Made by a program: the position numbers and the translations under genes. Under the pieces are notes generated by a model. It had not been told where the DNA came from. It did no database searches and saw nothing but the letters and a program-made list of their open reading frames with translations. A stretch of DNA of 61,700 bases, counting the filler. It is 7 parts of 7 records of this genome, joined end to end, with 100 filler letters (N's around TTAATTAATTAA, not from the genome) between each part and the next. Parts side by side here need not be neighbours in the genome. Positions count along the whole stretch, not along the records: positions 39,459 to 61,700 come from SRR20825010_5600; 6 more parts are not named here. One strand, given 5' to 3'. Shown one piece after another: positions 61,671-61,700 of the stretch. The stretch's first letter is position 1, and each line of letters starts with the position of its first letter.

Positions 61671-61700
61671 TGGCGTCCCCTAGGGGGTTCGAACCCCTGT
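61671..61700 (-). tRNA. tRNA-Glu, 3' end only
   Basis: Reverse complement ACAGGGGTTCGAACCCCCTAGGGGACGCCA matches the T-arm and acceptor of gammaproteobacterial tRNA-Glu; anticodon lies outside the window. Confidence 0.85.

Overview
This window is not one locus. Seven unrelated contigs are joined by six artificial 100-nt linkers (44 N + TTAATTAATTAA + 44 N). (1) 1-8735, Flavobacteriaceae-like: Lhr-type helicase end, PdeM-type metallophosphoesterase, mfd, a serine hydrolase and a DUF3352-like protein. Most spacers here are filled with GTCA-tagged REP-like palindromes, including a three-layer nested element, and two further copies lie in frame inside mfd. (2) 8836-14314, alphaproteobacterial ectoine uptake/catabolism operon (enuR-uehABC-usp-eutA). 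(3) 14415-18069, Rhodobacteraceae-like mlaF-hyp-pqiA-radA-cvpA-purF. (4) 18170-21615, Rhodobacteraceae-like: sorbosone dehydrogenase, a Tag-like glycosylase and thrS, whose leader has a tRNA-Thr anticodon-like hairpin. (5) 21716-35722, Flavobacteriaceae-like: glmM, a T9SS cargo-PorP-PorE triad, lipid A acyltransferase, rhomboid, TlpA and an FAD/FeS oxidase. (6) 35823-39358, alphaproteobacterial Tat-type peptide SBP, cobalamin riboswitch and btuB. (7) 39459-61700, Marinobacter-like core region from tRNA-Leu-queA-tgt-yajC-secDF to der, a GGDEF/EAL gene and tRNA-Glu. It includes a SuhB lacking its catalytic motif and an iscR-iscS pair without the other isc genes. Taxonomy and products are recognised by eye; no database searches were run. 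The most interesting signals are the nested and intragenic REP-like system, the pseudo-enzyme SuhB and the thrS leader hairpin.
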